Assembly: GCA_040755215.1 (NCBI GenBank)
Contig: JBFMBG010000003.1
Span: forward strand, 19,126-83,125
Direction of reading: 5' to 3'
DNA from: Bacillota bacterium
GTDB taxonomy: Bacteria; Bacillota; Desulfotomaculia; Desulfotomaculales; Nap2-2B
Length of the DNA stretch: 64,000 bases
The position numbers were made by a program, and so were the translations under genes. Shown in pieces: positions 46,014 to 54,013 of this stretch. Each line of letters begins with the position of its first letter. The first letter of the stretch is position 1. The notes under the pieces are model-generated. The model did not search any database. It had not been told where the DNA came from and saw nothing but the letters and a program-made list of their open reading frames with translations.

Positions 46014-47108
46014 CTATGTCAGGTAATAGCTGATCAGATAGAAAAGCGCTCCGAGAAAAGAGGTGAAAGGCAGTGTGCAAGCCCAGGCGGCCAGCATCCG
46101 GCCGACCGTGCGCCACTTTACGCTGGACCGGCCCTCGCCGGCGCCCACCCCCGTGATTGCTGAGGAAATGATGTGGGTGGTGCTGACCGGCAGGTGCAGG
46201 ATTGTTGCCGACAGGATAGTCAGCGACGCGCTCAGGTCGGCGGCAAAGCCGTTTGCCGGCGCCAGCCGGGTAATGCCGTGGGCCAGAGTGCGGATGATTC
46301 GCCAGCCGCCCGCCGCCGTCCCCAGGGCCAGAAAAAGGGCGGAGGCGCTTTTCACCCAGAAGGGGACCTGGAGCGTTTCCTGGCCTCCGGAAATGACCAG
46401 GGCGAGGGTGATTACCCCCATGGTCTTTTGGGCGTCGTTGCTGCCGTGACTAAAGGCCTGGAGAGTGGCGGAGATTCTCTGCAGAAAAAGAAAACGGCGC
46501 TCCGAACGGGAACGGGAGAGGATTTGCAAGGAAAATAAAAGGTTAAAGCAGGTCATCACGCAAAACCCCGTCAAAAAGGCCAGCGGAGGAGATACAGCCA
46601 GAGCTAAAAACGCGTTTCCCAGCCCGGTCCGGTCCAGCACCCGGCTGCCGGCGGCCGCGTAGGCCGCCCCGGTTAAAGCGCCGAGCAGGGCATGGGAGGA
46701 GCTGCTGGGCAGCCCGCCGAGCCAGGTAGCCAGATTCCAGATAATCGCGGCCGCCAGGGTAGCCGCGATTATCTGCAGTCCGCTCTGGGCATCGAAAGGA
46801 CGGATCAGGTTCCCGGCGATATTCTGGGCAACCCCGGTAAAGGCGAGGGCGCCCAGAAAATTCATCACTGCCGCCAGGAGCACGGCTGTTCGCGGAAGCA
46901 GGGCGCCCGTTGCGATGGCCGTGGCCACCGCATTGGCCGTATCGTGAAAACCGTTGATAAAGTCAAAGGCAAAGGCGAGCAGGATAACCAGGAACAGGCT
47001 CAAGACGATCTGGTCGGGCACCGGGTGCTTTCTCCCTTCCGGATTAAATCGCGGACCGCGAAAGATTTCTGCTCGCGGGCAAAATTTGAAAATGCTATAA
47101 TTAATCAT
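46014..47108 (-). CDS. pit: PiT-family inorganic phosphate transporter
   Basis: FDFINGFHDTANAVAT near the N-terminus and a second HGSNDAQKTMG repeat. Multi-pass membrane protein. The start may be GTG 47021. No adjacent DUF47/PhoU-like partner. Confidence 0.87.
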   Translation of the reverse strand: MINYSIFKFCPRAEIFRGPRFNPEGRKHPVPDQIVLSLFLVILLAFAFDFINGFHDTANAVATAIATGALLPRTAVLLAAVMNFLGALAFTGVAQNIAGNLIRPFDAQSGLQIIAATLAAAIIWNLATWLGGLPSSSSHALLGALTGAAYAAAGSRVLDRTGLGNAFLALAVSPPLAFLTGFCVMTCFNLLFSLQILSRSRSERRFLFLQRISATLQAFSHGSNDAQKTMGVITLALVISGGQETLQVPFWVKSASALFLALGTAAGGWRIIRTLAHGITRLAPANGFAADLSASLTILSATILHLPVSTTHIISSAITGVGAGEGRSSVKWRTVGRMLAAWACTLPFTSFLGALFYLISYYLT

Positions 47109-47156
47109 ATTGACCTGGTAATTAATTCAGTACGGTCATGGGAGGTAAAAACATTT

Positions 47157-47335
47157 ATGGTGAATAGTGGCACGGGGAAAAATGACATTGGGGATCCTTT
47201 TCCCGACTTCCTTGGGGTGGAAATTTTGGAGCTGAAAAATTAACCCGGCGCACAGGGGTGTACCGGGTGGAAATTACCAACGAACAGCAAGAAAAAATTG
47301 CCATTGCCCAGGGGCTGGTTTTCCGGCAGGGTTAA
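47157..47335 (+). pseudogene. Internally deleted remnant of a PaaI-type hotdog thioesterase
   Basis: SD GGAGG before ATG 47157. N-terminal MVNSGTGKNDIGDPFPDFLGVEILELKN* fits PaaI N-termini. A second frame gives ...GVYRVEITNEQQEKIAIAQGLVFRQG*, a typical PaaI C-terminus. The catalytic middle is missing. Confidence 0.35.
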
Positions 47336-48093
47336 AGCAAGATTTGTTCATTGCCTTTCTCCCCATCCAGCTCCAGCAGGGTTTTTTGGACGTCCTGCAA
47401 GACGAAGGCGAAAAAATCGGGAAAGTCCGCGGAAACTATCTCGGCCGCCCGCAAAATTAATCCGGTTACCCGCTCCACGTCAATGTGAATCCGGTGCCGG
47501 GTGAACATCTGCACGTCGTAGCACGCGGCCAGGCTCCGGGCGCAAACCCGGGAAGTGTCAATGTAATTGGCAAAGTTATGCACGCGGCGGAAGAAAACAC
47601 CGGGGTCGAGCTGATAAAAACGGCCCATCCGGCGGCTGATTTTTTCAATGAGCGGAGCGTTGGCAAAAGTTTTGACCAAAACTTCGCCGTAAGGGCCGGA
47701 ACTGCCGATGTTCAATTCGATACCCATTTCGACGATGTTATGCGCTTTCCACCAGCCCATTTCCGGGGGCAGGTTGCACGCCTTGATTGTTTCTTCAACC
47801 AGGAGGCGGCCTTTTTCAAAGCAATACCCCCGTTCAAAGGAAAGGTATTTTTCGTCCCCGTAATAGTCCAGGCCCCTTGGGTCGATGCCGTGGGTGATTA
47901 CTCCCCGGGCAAAGTTATAAAAATCCTCGTCTTCCCGGGAGGCAGCCAGCAACTCGGCGCCCCGGCCGTGGCTGGCCAGCCGGTTTGGACACACACCCGC
48001 GGCTATGTCGGGAAAAATGCTGCCCAGCGCCAGCGCGTCGGGAAGAAAGCCCAGAACTTTTTCGGCGAAAAATACGTGGGTTTGCGGGTACAT
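47332..48093 (-). CDS. Hypothetical protein, possibly a zinc-dependent phospholipase-C-like metal hydrolase
   Basis: 253 aa. N-terminal THVFFAEKVL...LGSIFPDI and later ITHGIDP and WWKAHN histidines recall the 'zinc dependent phospholipase C family' pattern (TH..IA.kv...LGsiaPD). Assignment is tentative. Confidence 0.35.
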   Translation of the reverse strand: MYPQTHVFFAEKVLGFLPDALALGSIFPDIAAGVCPNRLASHGRGAELLAASREDEDFYNFARGVITHGIDPRGLDYYGDEKYLSFERGYCFEKGRLLVEETIKACNLPPEMGWWKAHNIVEMGIELNIGSSGPYGEVLVKTFANAPLIEKISRRMGRFYQLDPGVFFRRVHNFANYIDTSRVCARSLAACYDVQMFTRHRIHIDVERVTGLILRAAEIVSADFPDFFAFVLQDVQKTLLELDGEKGNEQILL

Positions 48094-48300
48094 TTTCGTT
48101 TCCTTGCTTGTCTTTTTGCCGGCCTTGCTTACCTTACCGTCTAAAAGGACTGTTCCTTTGATCGATTGGGATCGTTCCGCTGCGTAGTTGCGGGGTCTTT
48201 TTATTCTGACTTTACGCCTTTGTGCCTTTTAAAACTTTGCTGCCTGAGTATTAAGTTCTCCCTGAATCAGCCGGGCTCCTTCTTTTTGGGCCTGACCTTT

Positions 48301-48507
48301 TTATTTAAATAAACCATAGACGGCCAGGACCAGGGCCAGCACAACGGTTGCGGCCAGGCCGCCGCAAAAAATCCAAAAGCGCCTTTCCAATTGGGTAAGA
48401 CGTAACTCGGTCTGCTGAAAGCGTTGTTCCGTCGGGACAACCAGTTTTTCCTGAATGGCTCCGGCCAGTGATTTAACGACGGTGGATTTTTCAGCTTGCG
48501 GGGTCAT
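48301..48507 (-). CDS. Small tail-anchored helical protein (P3) of the GTPase operon
   Basis: Trimmed to ATG 48507 (SD GGGAGGGG). 68 aa. Helical N-terminal part (TEQRFQQTELRLTQLERRF), then a single C-terminal TM (WIFCGGLAATVVLALVLAVYGLF). Overlaps the P2 stop by 17 nt. Confidence 0.55.
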   Translation of the reverse strand: MTPQAEKSTVVKSLAGAIQEKLVVPTEQRFQQTELRLTQLERRFWIFCGGLAATVVLALVLAVYGLFK

Positions 48508-48727
48508 CGTGTTCCCCTCCCTTGACGTTATTAATGGCGTCACGCAGGGCGGCGAGCATTACCACGGGGCTTTCCTCAATTTTTTGTTCAAGGCAGGTGA
48601 TTTTTTCCTGCAGGGATTGAATGGCCAGCGCCAGCTCCTTGTTTTCATCCTTGATGGGTTGGAGCATTTTGTTTTTTAAACCTGTCAATACTTCCCTGAT
48701 TAATTCTTGAACGGCTTCTTCTTTCAT
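48491..48727 (-). CDS. Small helical protein (P2) of the GTPase operon
   Basis: 78 aa. SD GGAGGGG 5 nt before the ATG. Heptad-like sequence. Shares an N-terminal [IL]IREVxT motif with P1 and AIQ..QEK with P3. Confidence 0.55.
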   Translation of the reverse strand: MKEEAVQELIREVLTGLKNKMLQPIKDENKELALAIQSLQEKITCLEQKIEESPVVMLAALRDAINNVKGGEHDDPAS

Positions 48728-48742
48728 TGTTTCCCCTCCATT

Positions 48743-48931
48743 TTAGATTTCGTTTAGCACGCGCCGGATTAGTTTCAGCATGGTCACCATTTCCTGCTGG
48801 ATAATCTGTCCCACTTCTTTCTCGAATTCCGTGACCAGGTTGCGCTTAATTTCCGTGCCGGTATCGGTGCTTACTTCCCGGATGATTTTTCTTAACCGTT
48901 CATCTAAAAGCCTGGCGTTTTCCATAATCAA
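48743..48931 (-). CDS. Small helical protein (P1) of the GTPase operon
   Basis: 60-62 aa. AGGAGG precedes TTG 48931 / ATG 48925. The start overlaps the last ~9 codons of the GTPase gene (translational coupling). Confidence 0.5.
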   Translation of the reverse strand: MIMENARLLDERLRKIIREVSTDTGTEIKRNLVTEFEKEVGQIIQQEMVTMLKLIRRVLNEI

Positions 48932-50960
48932 ATGACCTCCTTTCCATGGTGGAAATTATTTCTTGAATCCGGCGCAAGACCTTTTCAAAACCACCGTCGC
49001 GGCCGTTTAAAGCGGCCAGGGAAGAGACCAGAAACAGCGGCGGGTTCGGCAGGAAAGAAGTTAACTGCCGGCGGACGAAGTTTGCTGCCCTTTCCCGCTC
49101 CAGCGCGGTCAGGGTATCCGCGAAATTGATCAAAAAGAGTACCCTGCCCGCCTTGGCCAGGTGACCGACCCTGCCCGCGACGTTTTCCCAAACTTCCTTT
49201 TGATAGGGTGCCGAGATGAGTTGTTTACCGTGGATAAAGACCAGCAGAAGACTGCTCTCACTCAGCGCTTTCAAGCAGGTCTGGCGGTGCTGGGCAAAAA
49301 CCGAATCGATACCGGGCGTGTCAAGAAAAGTAGCCAGTTTAAAAAATTCCGCCGGATGGTAAATATCCACCGCTTCCAGGAAAAAGTTTAACGGGCCGGT
49401 CAACAAATGGTGGAATTCCTCTCGTTCGCGTTCGAGATGAAAGATGAGGTGGGCAGCCTGTTTGAAGGTAAGCCTGACCGCCGTCACGACGCCGTTCTTT
49501 TGCAAATTCTTTTGCAGGTGGGAAGGAGCAAGAAGCAACGCCCGGGTTTCCATCAACCTGTTCACTAATTCCTGTTTAGTTGTTTTCTGGTACCTTCCCT
49601 TAATGGCCACTTCTATTCCGGTTATTTGCGGAACGCTTTCTTCCTCGGTCAAATATTGGCAGAGGACGTTTGTTTCCTCCCGTTTAAAGCTTCCCTTGCC
49701 TTTTCCGGGCTCCCAAATATCTAAGGTAAGTTGCCTGGGAAAATAAGCCACGGCAATTTTTTCCGGTCCGTAATGCAGGCGCGTCAGATAACTGGTTGTC
49801 GGTTTATCCTCGGCCGGTAAAATGGCTTCCTTCATTATGGCGTTGAAAAAGGTGGACTTGCCGGAGGAAAATGGTCCCCAGGCCGTCACGACGAATTTTT
49901 CGGGAGAGGCCGGCGGTAATTTCAAGAGGTTTTCCGGACCGATCGCAAGATGTTTGCGGAAGCCGTAATGTTTGCCGGTTTCCGGGCGGCCGGCCCCGGA
50001 AAGTGGCGCTTTCTGAAGGATCCGCCGGTTATTTTCCGCCAGGGCGGCGTTGACCGTTTTTTGTTTTCTAAGCTCGTTGATTGCTTGCTTAAAAGCCAGA
50101 ATTCGCCCGGCCTTTTCTTTGATTAACCAGAAGTTGAGCAGAAAATCGGGTTCCCCCGGGAGAACGGACAATTTCGCCAGCATTTCGGGAAGAAGCGAGT
50201 CTTCCTGGCGCAGGTGCCCTTCAATTTGGGAAAATACATCTTCAATTAGTTTCTCCTGTAAAAAAACGCCCAGAGCACTTATACTTGCCTGATCACGGGT
50301 ATTGAGCGTATGGACGGGTATTTGCGCGCCGAATAACTCCCTTAAGGCAGCCCTGGTGCTGGCCAGGGAGGTGCCGTCTGGCTGACCGGCGTTGCAGTTT
50401 AGCCAGAAAGAAAGCGCCCTGTAGCTGTTTTGGCCAAGAAGTTCCTTTAGCTTTTGCAAAAAATGCCGGTCGCAAATCTGGATACCGCGCTGGTGGAAAA
50501 GGTAGATGATTTGCCCGGCATCGGCAAAGATTTGTTCCAAGACGGAAGAATGCTCCCAAACCGGTGAGTCGACCCCCGGCGTATCGACCAGGTGGCATAG
50601 TTTAAGTAAGCGGTGGTTGAGCGTCACCTCCACTTTTTCTGGCTTTAGCCGGGAATGCCTGGTTTTTAAGGCATAAGTTAATTCCCGCGGGTCGGCAAGG
50701 TACCAAAGTCGCTCTTTAGTCCATAGTTTGGCCATAAACTTTGTTCCGTGGGTATAAAAAACCGGGCAAGGGGTGTTCAACTGAAATGCCGGATTGTTTT
50801 GGAGCAGGCTGTTTACGAGCGTCGTCTTGCCCGTGTTCAGGCAGCCGCCGACCACTATCTTTGGCCGGGCAAAATCTTCCTGGTAATTTTCGATTAGTTG
50901 CCTGGCCTGCTGAATAAAGAATGTTTCTTTTCCAGTCGAAGGGTTTTTGGGAATTTGCAT
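48900..50960 (-). CDS. Fused double dynamin-like/P-loop GTPase (686 aa)
   Basis: SD AGGTGG. Domain 1: GGCLNTGKT (aa 38-46), DTPG (126-129). Domain 2: GPFSSGKSTFFNAIM...ILP...KPTT (aa 362-389, dynamin_N-like G1/G2), DTPG (547-550), NFAD (612-615). A helical linker lies between them. Confidence 0.7.
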   Translation of the reverse strand: MQIPKNPSTGKETFFIQQARQLIENYQEDFARPKIVVGGCLNTGKTTLVNSLLQNNPAFQLNTPCPVFYTHGTKFMAKLWTKERLWYLADPRELTYALKTRHSRLKPEKVEVTLNHRLLKLCHLVDTPGVDSPVWEHSSVLEQIFADAGQIIYLFHQRGIQICDRHFLQKLKELLGQNSYRALSFWLNCNAGQPDGTSLASTRAALRELFGAQIPVHTLNTRDQASISALGVFLQEKLIEDVFSQIEGHLRQEDSLLPEMLAKLSVLPGEPDFLLNFWLIKEKAGRILAFKQAINELRKQKTVNAALAENNRRILQKAPLSGAGRPETGKHYGFRKHLAIGPENLLKLPPASPEKFVVTAWGPFSSGKSTFFNAIMKEAILPAEDKPTTSYLTRLHYGPEKIAVAYFPRQLTLDIWEPGKGKGSFKREETNVLCQYLTEEESVPQITGIEVAIKGRYQKTTKQELVNRLMETRALLLAPSHLQKNLQKNGVVTAVRLTFKQAAHLIFHLEREREEFHHLLTGPLNFFLEAVDIYHPAEFFKLATFLDTPGIDSVFAQHRQTCLKALSESSLLLVFIHGKQLISAPYQKEVWENVAGRVGHLAKAGRVLFLINFADTLTALERERAANFVRRQLTSFLPNPPLFLVSSLAALNGRDGGFEKVLRRIQEIISTMERRSFDYGKRQAFR

Positions 50961-51186
50961 AAACTAACCACCTGCTTTATGTGAAAAATATCCTTGAACA
51001 GGTATTTATTAGCAGGATATTAAGAAGTATTAAAAAATATGACCACGAAAAAGATGAAATTTAGCGAAAATCCCCGTGGGTGAGAGGTGAAATTGATTTC
51101 TGCCGCGTATTGGGGGAGGCTTTACAGAAGGAGTAAAATTGGCTAAGATATATAGAAAAAAAGTGGCTAAAGGGGGGGAGAACAGG

Positions 51187-51342
51187 ATGCTGAATTCAGC
51201 AGCTATTCATCGCAACGTCCGGGAGCGCTCTGATGCCGCCAGTGTTTTTGAACGGGTTTTGAAATGTTTAATTTTCGTTGCCGGCCCGGCGGTTGTTTAC
51301 CTGCTTGGCGGGTGGATTATCGGCCTTCCCTTTTTAAGATGA
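51187..51342 (+). CDS. Hypothetical small membrane protein (51 aa)
   Basis: ATG 51187 with SD GGGGGAG 7 nt upstream. C-terminal hydrophobic helix CLIFVAGPAVVYLLGGWIIGLPF. Confidence 0.3.
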   Translation: MLNSAAIHRNVRERSDAASVFERVLKCLIFVAGPAVVYLLGGWIIGLPFLR

Positions 51343-51486
51343 GTTTGCCCGGTAGAAAACGCAATCATCCAAACTAAAGCGCTAATAAGGTCATGTTCGC
51401 AAATACCCCTTGCGCGTCGCGCCGGTGTTGCGCGATTCCGCGGGTTCCGGCTTGAAATTACTGCCGTCCGGGTGCTGGCTGGCACT

Positions 51487-51777
51487 CTATTTTTTTAGTA
51501 CCTCCAAAGGGTGCTTGGCCCGGCGGTCGTATTCCTGGACCTGGGTAAAAAAATTAATCAGGAACCGGCGCATTTCTTCATCCCTGGCTACCGGCGGCCG
51601 GCGCAGGTGCCTGATCAGCAGGATGATGGACTTCAGGTGCTCGATTAATGCTTTGTCCGCACTGCCCGCAACCTCCATGCTCCTGATTTTCTCGGCACAG
51701 GCCTGGCTGATTTCCGGAATTGTTTTATCCTGCAAATTCAACAAAAAGGCTTTTAAGTTCTCCAGGTCGGGAGTCAT
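51487..51777 (-). CDS. Hypothetical 96-aa helical protein
   Basis: ATG with AAGGAAGGA upstream. No recognisable family. Confidence 0.4.
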   Translation of the reverse strand: MTPDLENLKAFLLNLQDKTIPEISQACAEKIRSMEVAGSADKALIEHLKSIILLIRHLRRPPVARDEEMRRFLINFFTQVQEYDRRAKHPLEVLKK

Positions 51778-51938
51778 GGGCGCACGATCCTTCCTTATTC
51801 TTGTGTTTTGAAGAATTAGATTTATTAAATTCTACCCTTTGTAAAAAATTCCTGCCCGGGATGCAAAACTATCTTTGCGGTGGGCAGGAAGGGAAAGTTC
51901 ATTTTTGGCAGGACGGAAAACCGGGAGGAGGGAAAAAC

Positions 51939-51967
51939 TTGACAGGGAAAACAAAAGAAGTTATAAT
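51939..51967 (+). promoter_or_regulatory. Perfect-consensus sigma-A promoter of the Rrf2 regulator gene
   Basis: TTGACA (51939-44), exactly 17 nt spacer, TATAAT (51962-67). An inverted repeat tatact-atctg-agtata lies at 51978-51994, just downstream. Confidence 0.65.
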
Positions 51968-52018
51968 GCAACTAAACTATACTATCTGAGTATATATTTA
52001 ATCAGGGGAGCAACTTTC

Positions 52019-52429
52019 GTGCAGTTAAATCAGGCAACCGACTATGCTTTTCGAGCTGTGTTACACCTGGCCGGTTCGGCTCCCGGCGAAGTGGTGACCG
52101 CCCAGGAAATTGCCAGGAGAGAAAAAGTTCCGTTGCGATTTTTGCTTAAAATCATGCGTTCCCTGGTCGAGGCCGGCATAGTCAAGTCGGTGCGCGGCGT
52201 GACGGGCGGCTACGCGCTGGCCCGGCCGCCCGGCAAAATCACCCTTTTGGATGTCGTCGAGGCGGTCGAGGGGCCGGTGCGCCTTAACCGTTGCCTGATC
52301 GATCAGGAATACTGTACCAAACGCTGGGCAAACCGCTGTCCTGTGCACCAGATCCTGGAGGTCATTCAGAACGCCGTAATTCAGGAACTTGCCCGCCGCA
52401 ATTTTGCAGAGCTTGCGCAAAAAGCCTAG
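52019..52429 (+). CDS. Rrf2-family transcriptional regulator
   Basis: Trimmed to GTG 52019 (SD AGGGGAG). VQLNQATDYAFRAVLHLA...TAQEIARREKVPLRFLLKIMRSLVEAGIVKSVRGVTGGYALAR. Cys residues C-x6-C-x(5)-C (CLIDQEYCTKRWANRC) suggest an Fe-S-binding type. Confidence 0.87.
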   Translation: MQLNQATDYAFRAVLHLAGSAPGEVVTAQEIARREKVPLRFLLKIMRSLVEAGIVKSVRGVTGGYALARPPGKITLLDVVEAVEGPVRLNRCLIDQEYCTKRWANRCPVHQILEVIQNAVIQELARRNFAELAQKA

Positions 52430-52480
52430 ATAAAGGGTCTAATTAGTGGAGCGAAAAAGAGTTTTATTAAAGAAAAGTAT

Positions 52481-52498
52481 ACTAAACCGGTATAGTAT
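52481..52498 (+). promoter_or_regulatory. Candidate Rrf2 operator upstream of cydA
   Basis: actaaac-cgg-tatagtat shares ACTAAAC plus TATA(C/G)TAT with 51971-51988 (actaaac-tatactat) in the regulator's own promoter region. The adjacent agtatact is an 8-bp palindrome. Confidence 0.35.
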
Positions 52499-52627
52499 TG
52501 CTGTTTATTTAACTTTTCACCAAAAGGGGGTGTGTGTCTGGAAACCACGTCAGATCACTGGCGACTTTTTTAGGACAACTGGGAGTTGCCAATCCTATTA
52601 TTTTTTCGTGAATAAGGAGGGAGATTT

Positions 52628-54013
52628 ATGGAAGCGCTTTTGCTTTCCCGCTGGCAGTTTGCCGTTACCTCGGTGTACCACTTCCTGTTCGTTCCCCTGA
52701 CCCTGGGTCTTTCGGTCCTGGTGGCCGTCATGGAAACTGTCTACGTGCGGACGGGAAACGAGACCTATAAGCAGATGGCCCGGTTTTGGGGAAAGCTTTT
52801 CGTGATCAATTTCGCCATGGGGGTAGTTACCGGCATCGTGCAGGAATTTCATTTCGGGATGAACTGGTCGGAGTATTCCCGGTTCGTCGGGGACGTTTTC
52901 GGGGCCCCCCTGGCGGTGGAAGCGTTGGCCGCCTTTTTCCTGGAGTCCACCTTTCTGGGCGTCTGGATCTTCGGTTGGGATAAGTTGCCCAAGACTTTGC
53001 ACGCCGCCTCCATCTGGCTGGTGGCCCTGGCTTCAAATCTTTCGGCGTTCTGGATTCTCGTAGCCAATTCCTTTATGCAGGAGCCGGTGGGTTACGTCGT
53101 GCGCAACGGCCGGGCGGAAATGACCGATTTTCTGGCCCTGCTCACCAACCCGCACGTACTCTACCAGTTTCCCCACACGGTGCTGGCCGGCTTTGCCACG
53201 GCCGCCTTTTTCGTGATGGGAATCAGCGCCTATTATCTTTTGCGCAAAGCCAATCCTGACTTTTTCCGCCGTTCCTTCCGGCTTGCTTTACCGGTAGGCG
53301 CCGTTTGCATCTTGCTGGTCATGGCGGTGGGTCATTTTCAGGGTCAGCACCTGGTTAAGTCCCAGCCGATGAAGATGGCGGCAGCCGAGGCCCTCTGGGA
53401 AAGTGCCGAACAGGCCCCTTTGAACCTGGTGGCCTTGATTGACGAAAAGCAGCAAACCAACCCCTTGGAGATCAGCATACCCGGCCTGGGAAGCTTTTTG
53501 GCGGTCAACACCTTCCGGGGCGAGGTAAAAGGAATCAAGGACATTCAGGCCGCGTACGCAGAAAAGTACGGCCCTGGCAATTACATCCCGCCGGTAACCC
53601 CTGTTTTCTGGAGCTTTCGCGTCATGGTGGCCGCCGGCTTATGGTTGCTTGTCCTTGCTTTCTCAGCCCTGTACTTCTGGCGAAAGGGGCGGTTGGAAGA
53701 AAAGCCGCTGGTACTTAAAGCGTTGCTCTGGAGCATTCCCGTTCCTTATCTGGCCAACACCGCGGGCTGGTATCTGGCCGAGGTGGGCCGCCAGCCCTGG
53801 ATCGTCTACGGGCTCCAGCGGGTGGAAGAGGCCGTTTCACCGGTAGTTTCGGCCGGCGCCGTGCTGACTACTCTGGTTGTTTTCACCCTCCTTCTGGGAG
53901 CCCTGGCGGCAGTAGACGGATACTTAATGTACCGGGTTGTTAAGCAGGGGCCTGAAGAAGCACTGCTGGCCCCAGCGGCAGAAAAACCCGAGGGGGTGTC
54001 TTTATGGACTTAA
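52628..54013 (+). CDS. cydA: Cytochrome bd ubiquinol/menaquinol oxidase subunit I
   Basis: SRWQFAVTSVYHFLFVPLTLGL, Q-loop region, GWYLAEVGRQPW. SD AAGGAGGGAG. 461 aa. Confidence 0.95.
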   Translation: MEALLLSRWQFAVTSVYHFLFVPLTLGLSVLVAVMETVYVRTGNETYKQMARFWGKLFVINFAMGVVTGIVQEFHFGMNWSEYSRFVGDVFGAPLAVEALAAFFLESTFLGVWIFGWDKLPKTLHAASIWLVALASNLSAFWILVANSFMQEPVGYVVRNGRAEMTDFLALLTNPHVLYQFPHTVLAGFATAAFFVMGISAYYLLRKANPDFFRRSFRLALPVGAVCILLVMAVGHFQGQHLVKSQPMKMAAAEALWESAEQAPLNLVALIDEKQQTNPLEISIPGLGSFLAVNTFRGEVKGIKDIQAAYAEKYGPGNYIPPVTPVFWSFRVMVAAGLWLLVLAFSALYFWRKGRLEEKPLVLKALLWSIPVPYLANTAGWYLAEVGRQPWIVYGLQRVEEAVSPVVSAGAVLTTLVVFTLLLGALAAVDGYLMYRVVKQGPEEALLAPAAEKPEGVSLWT

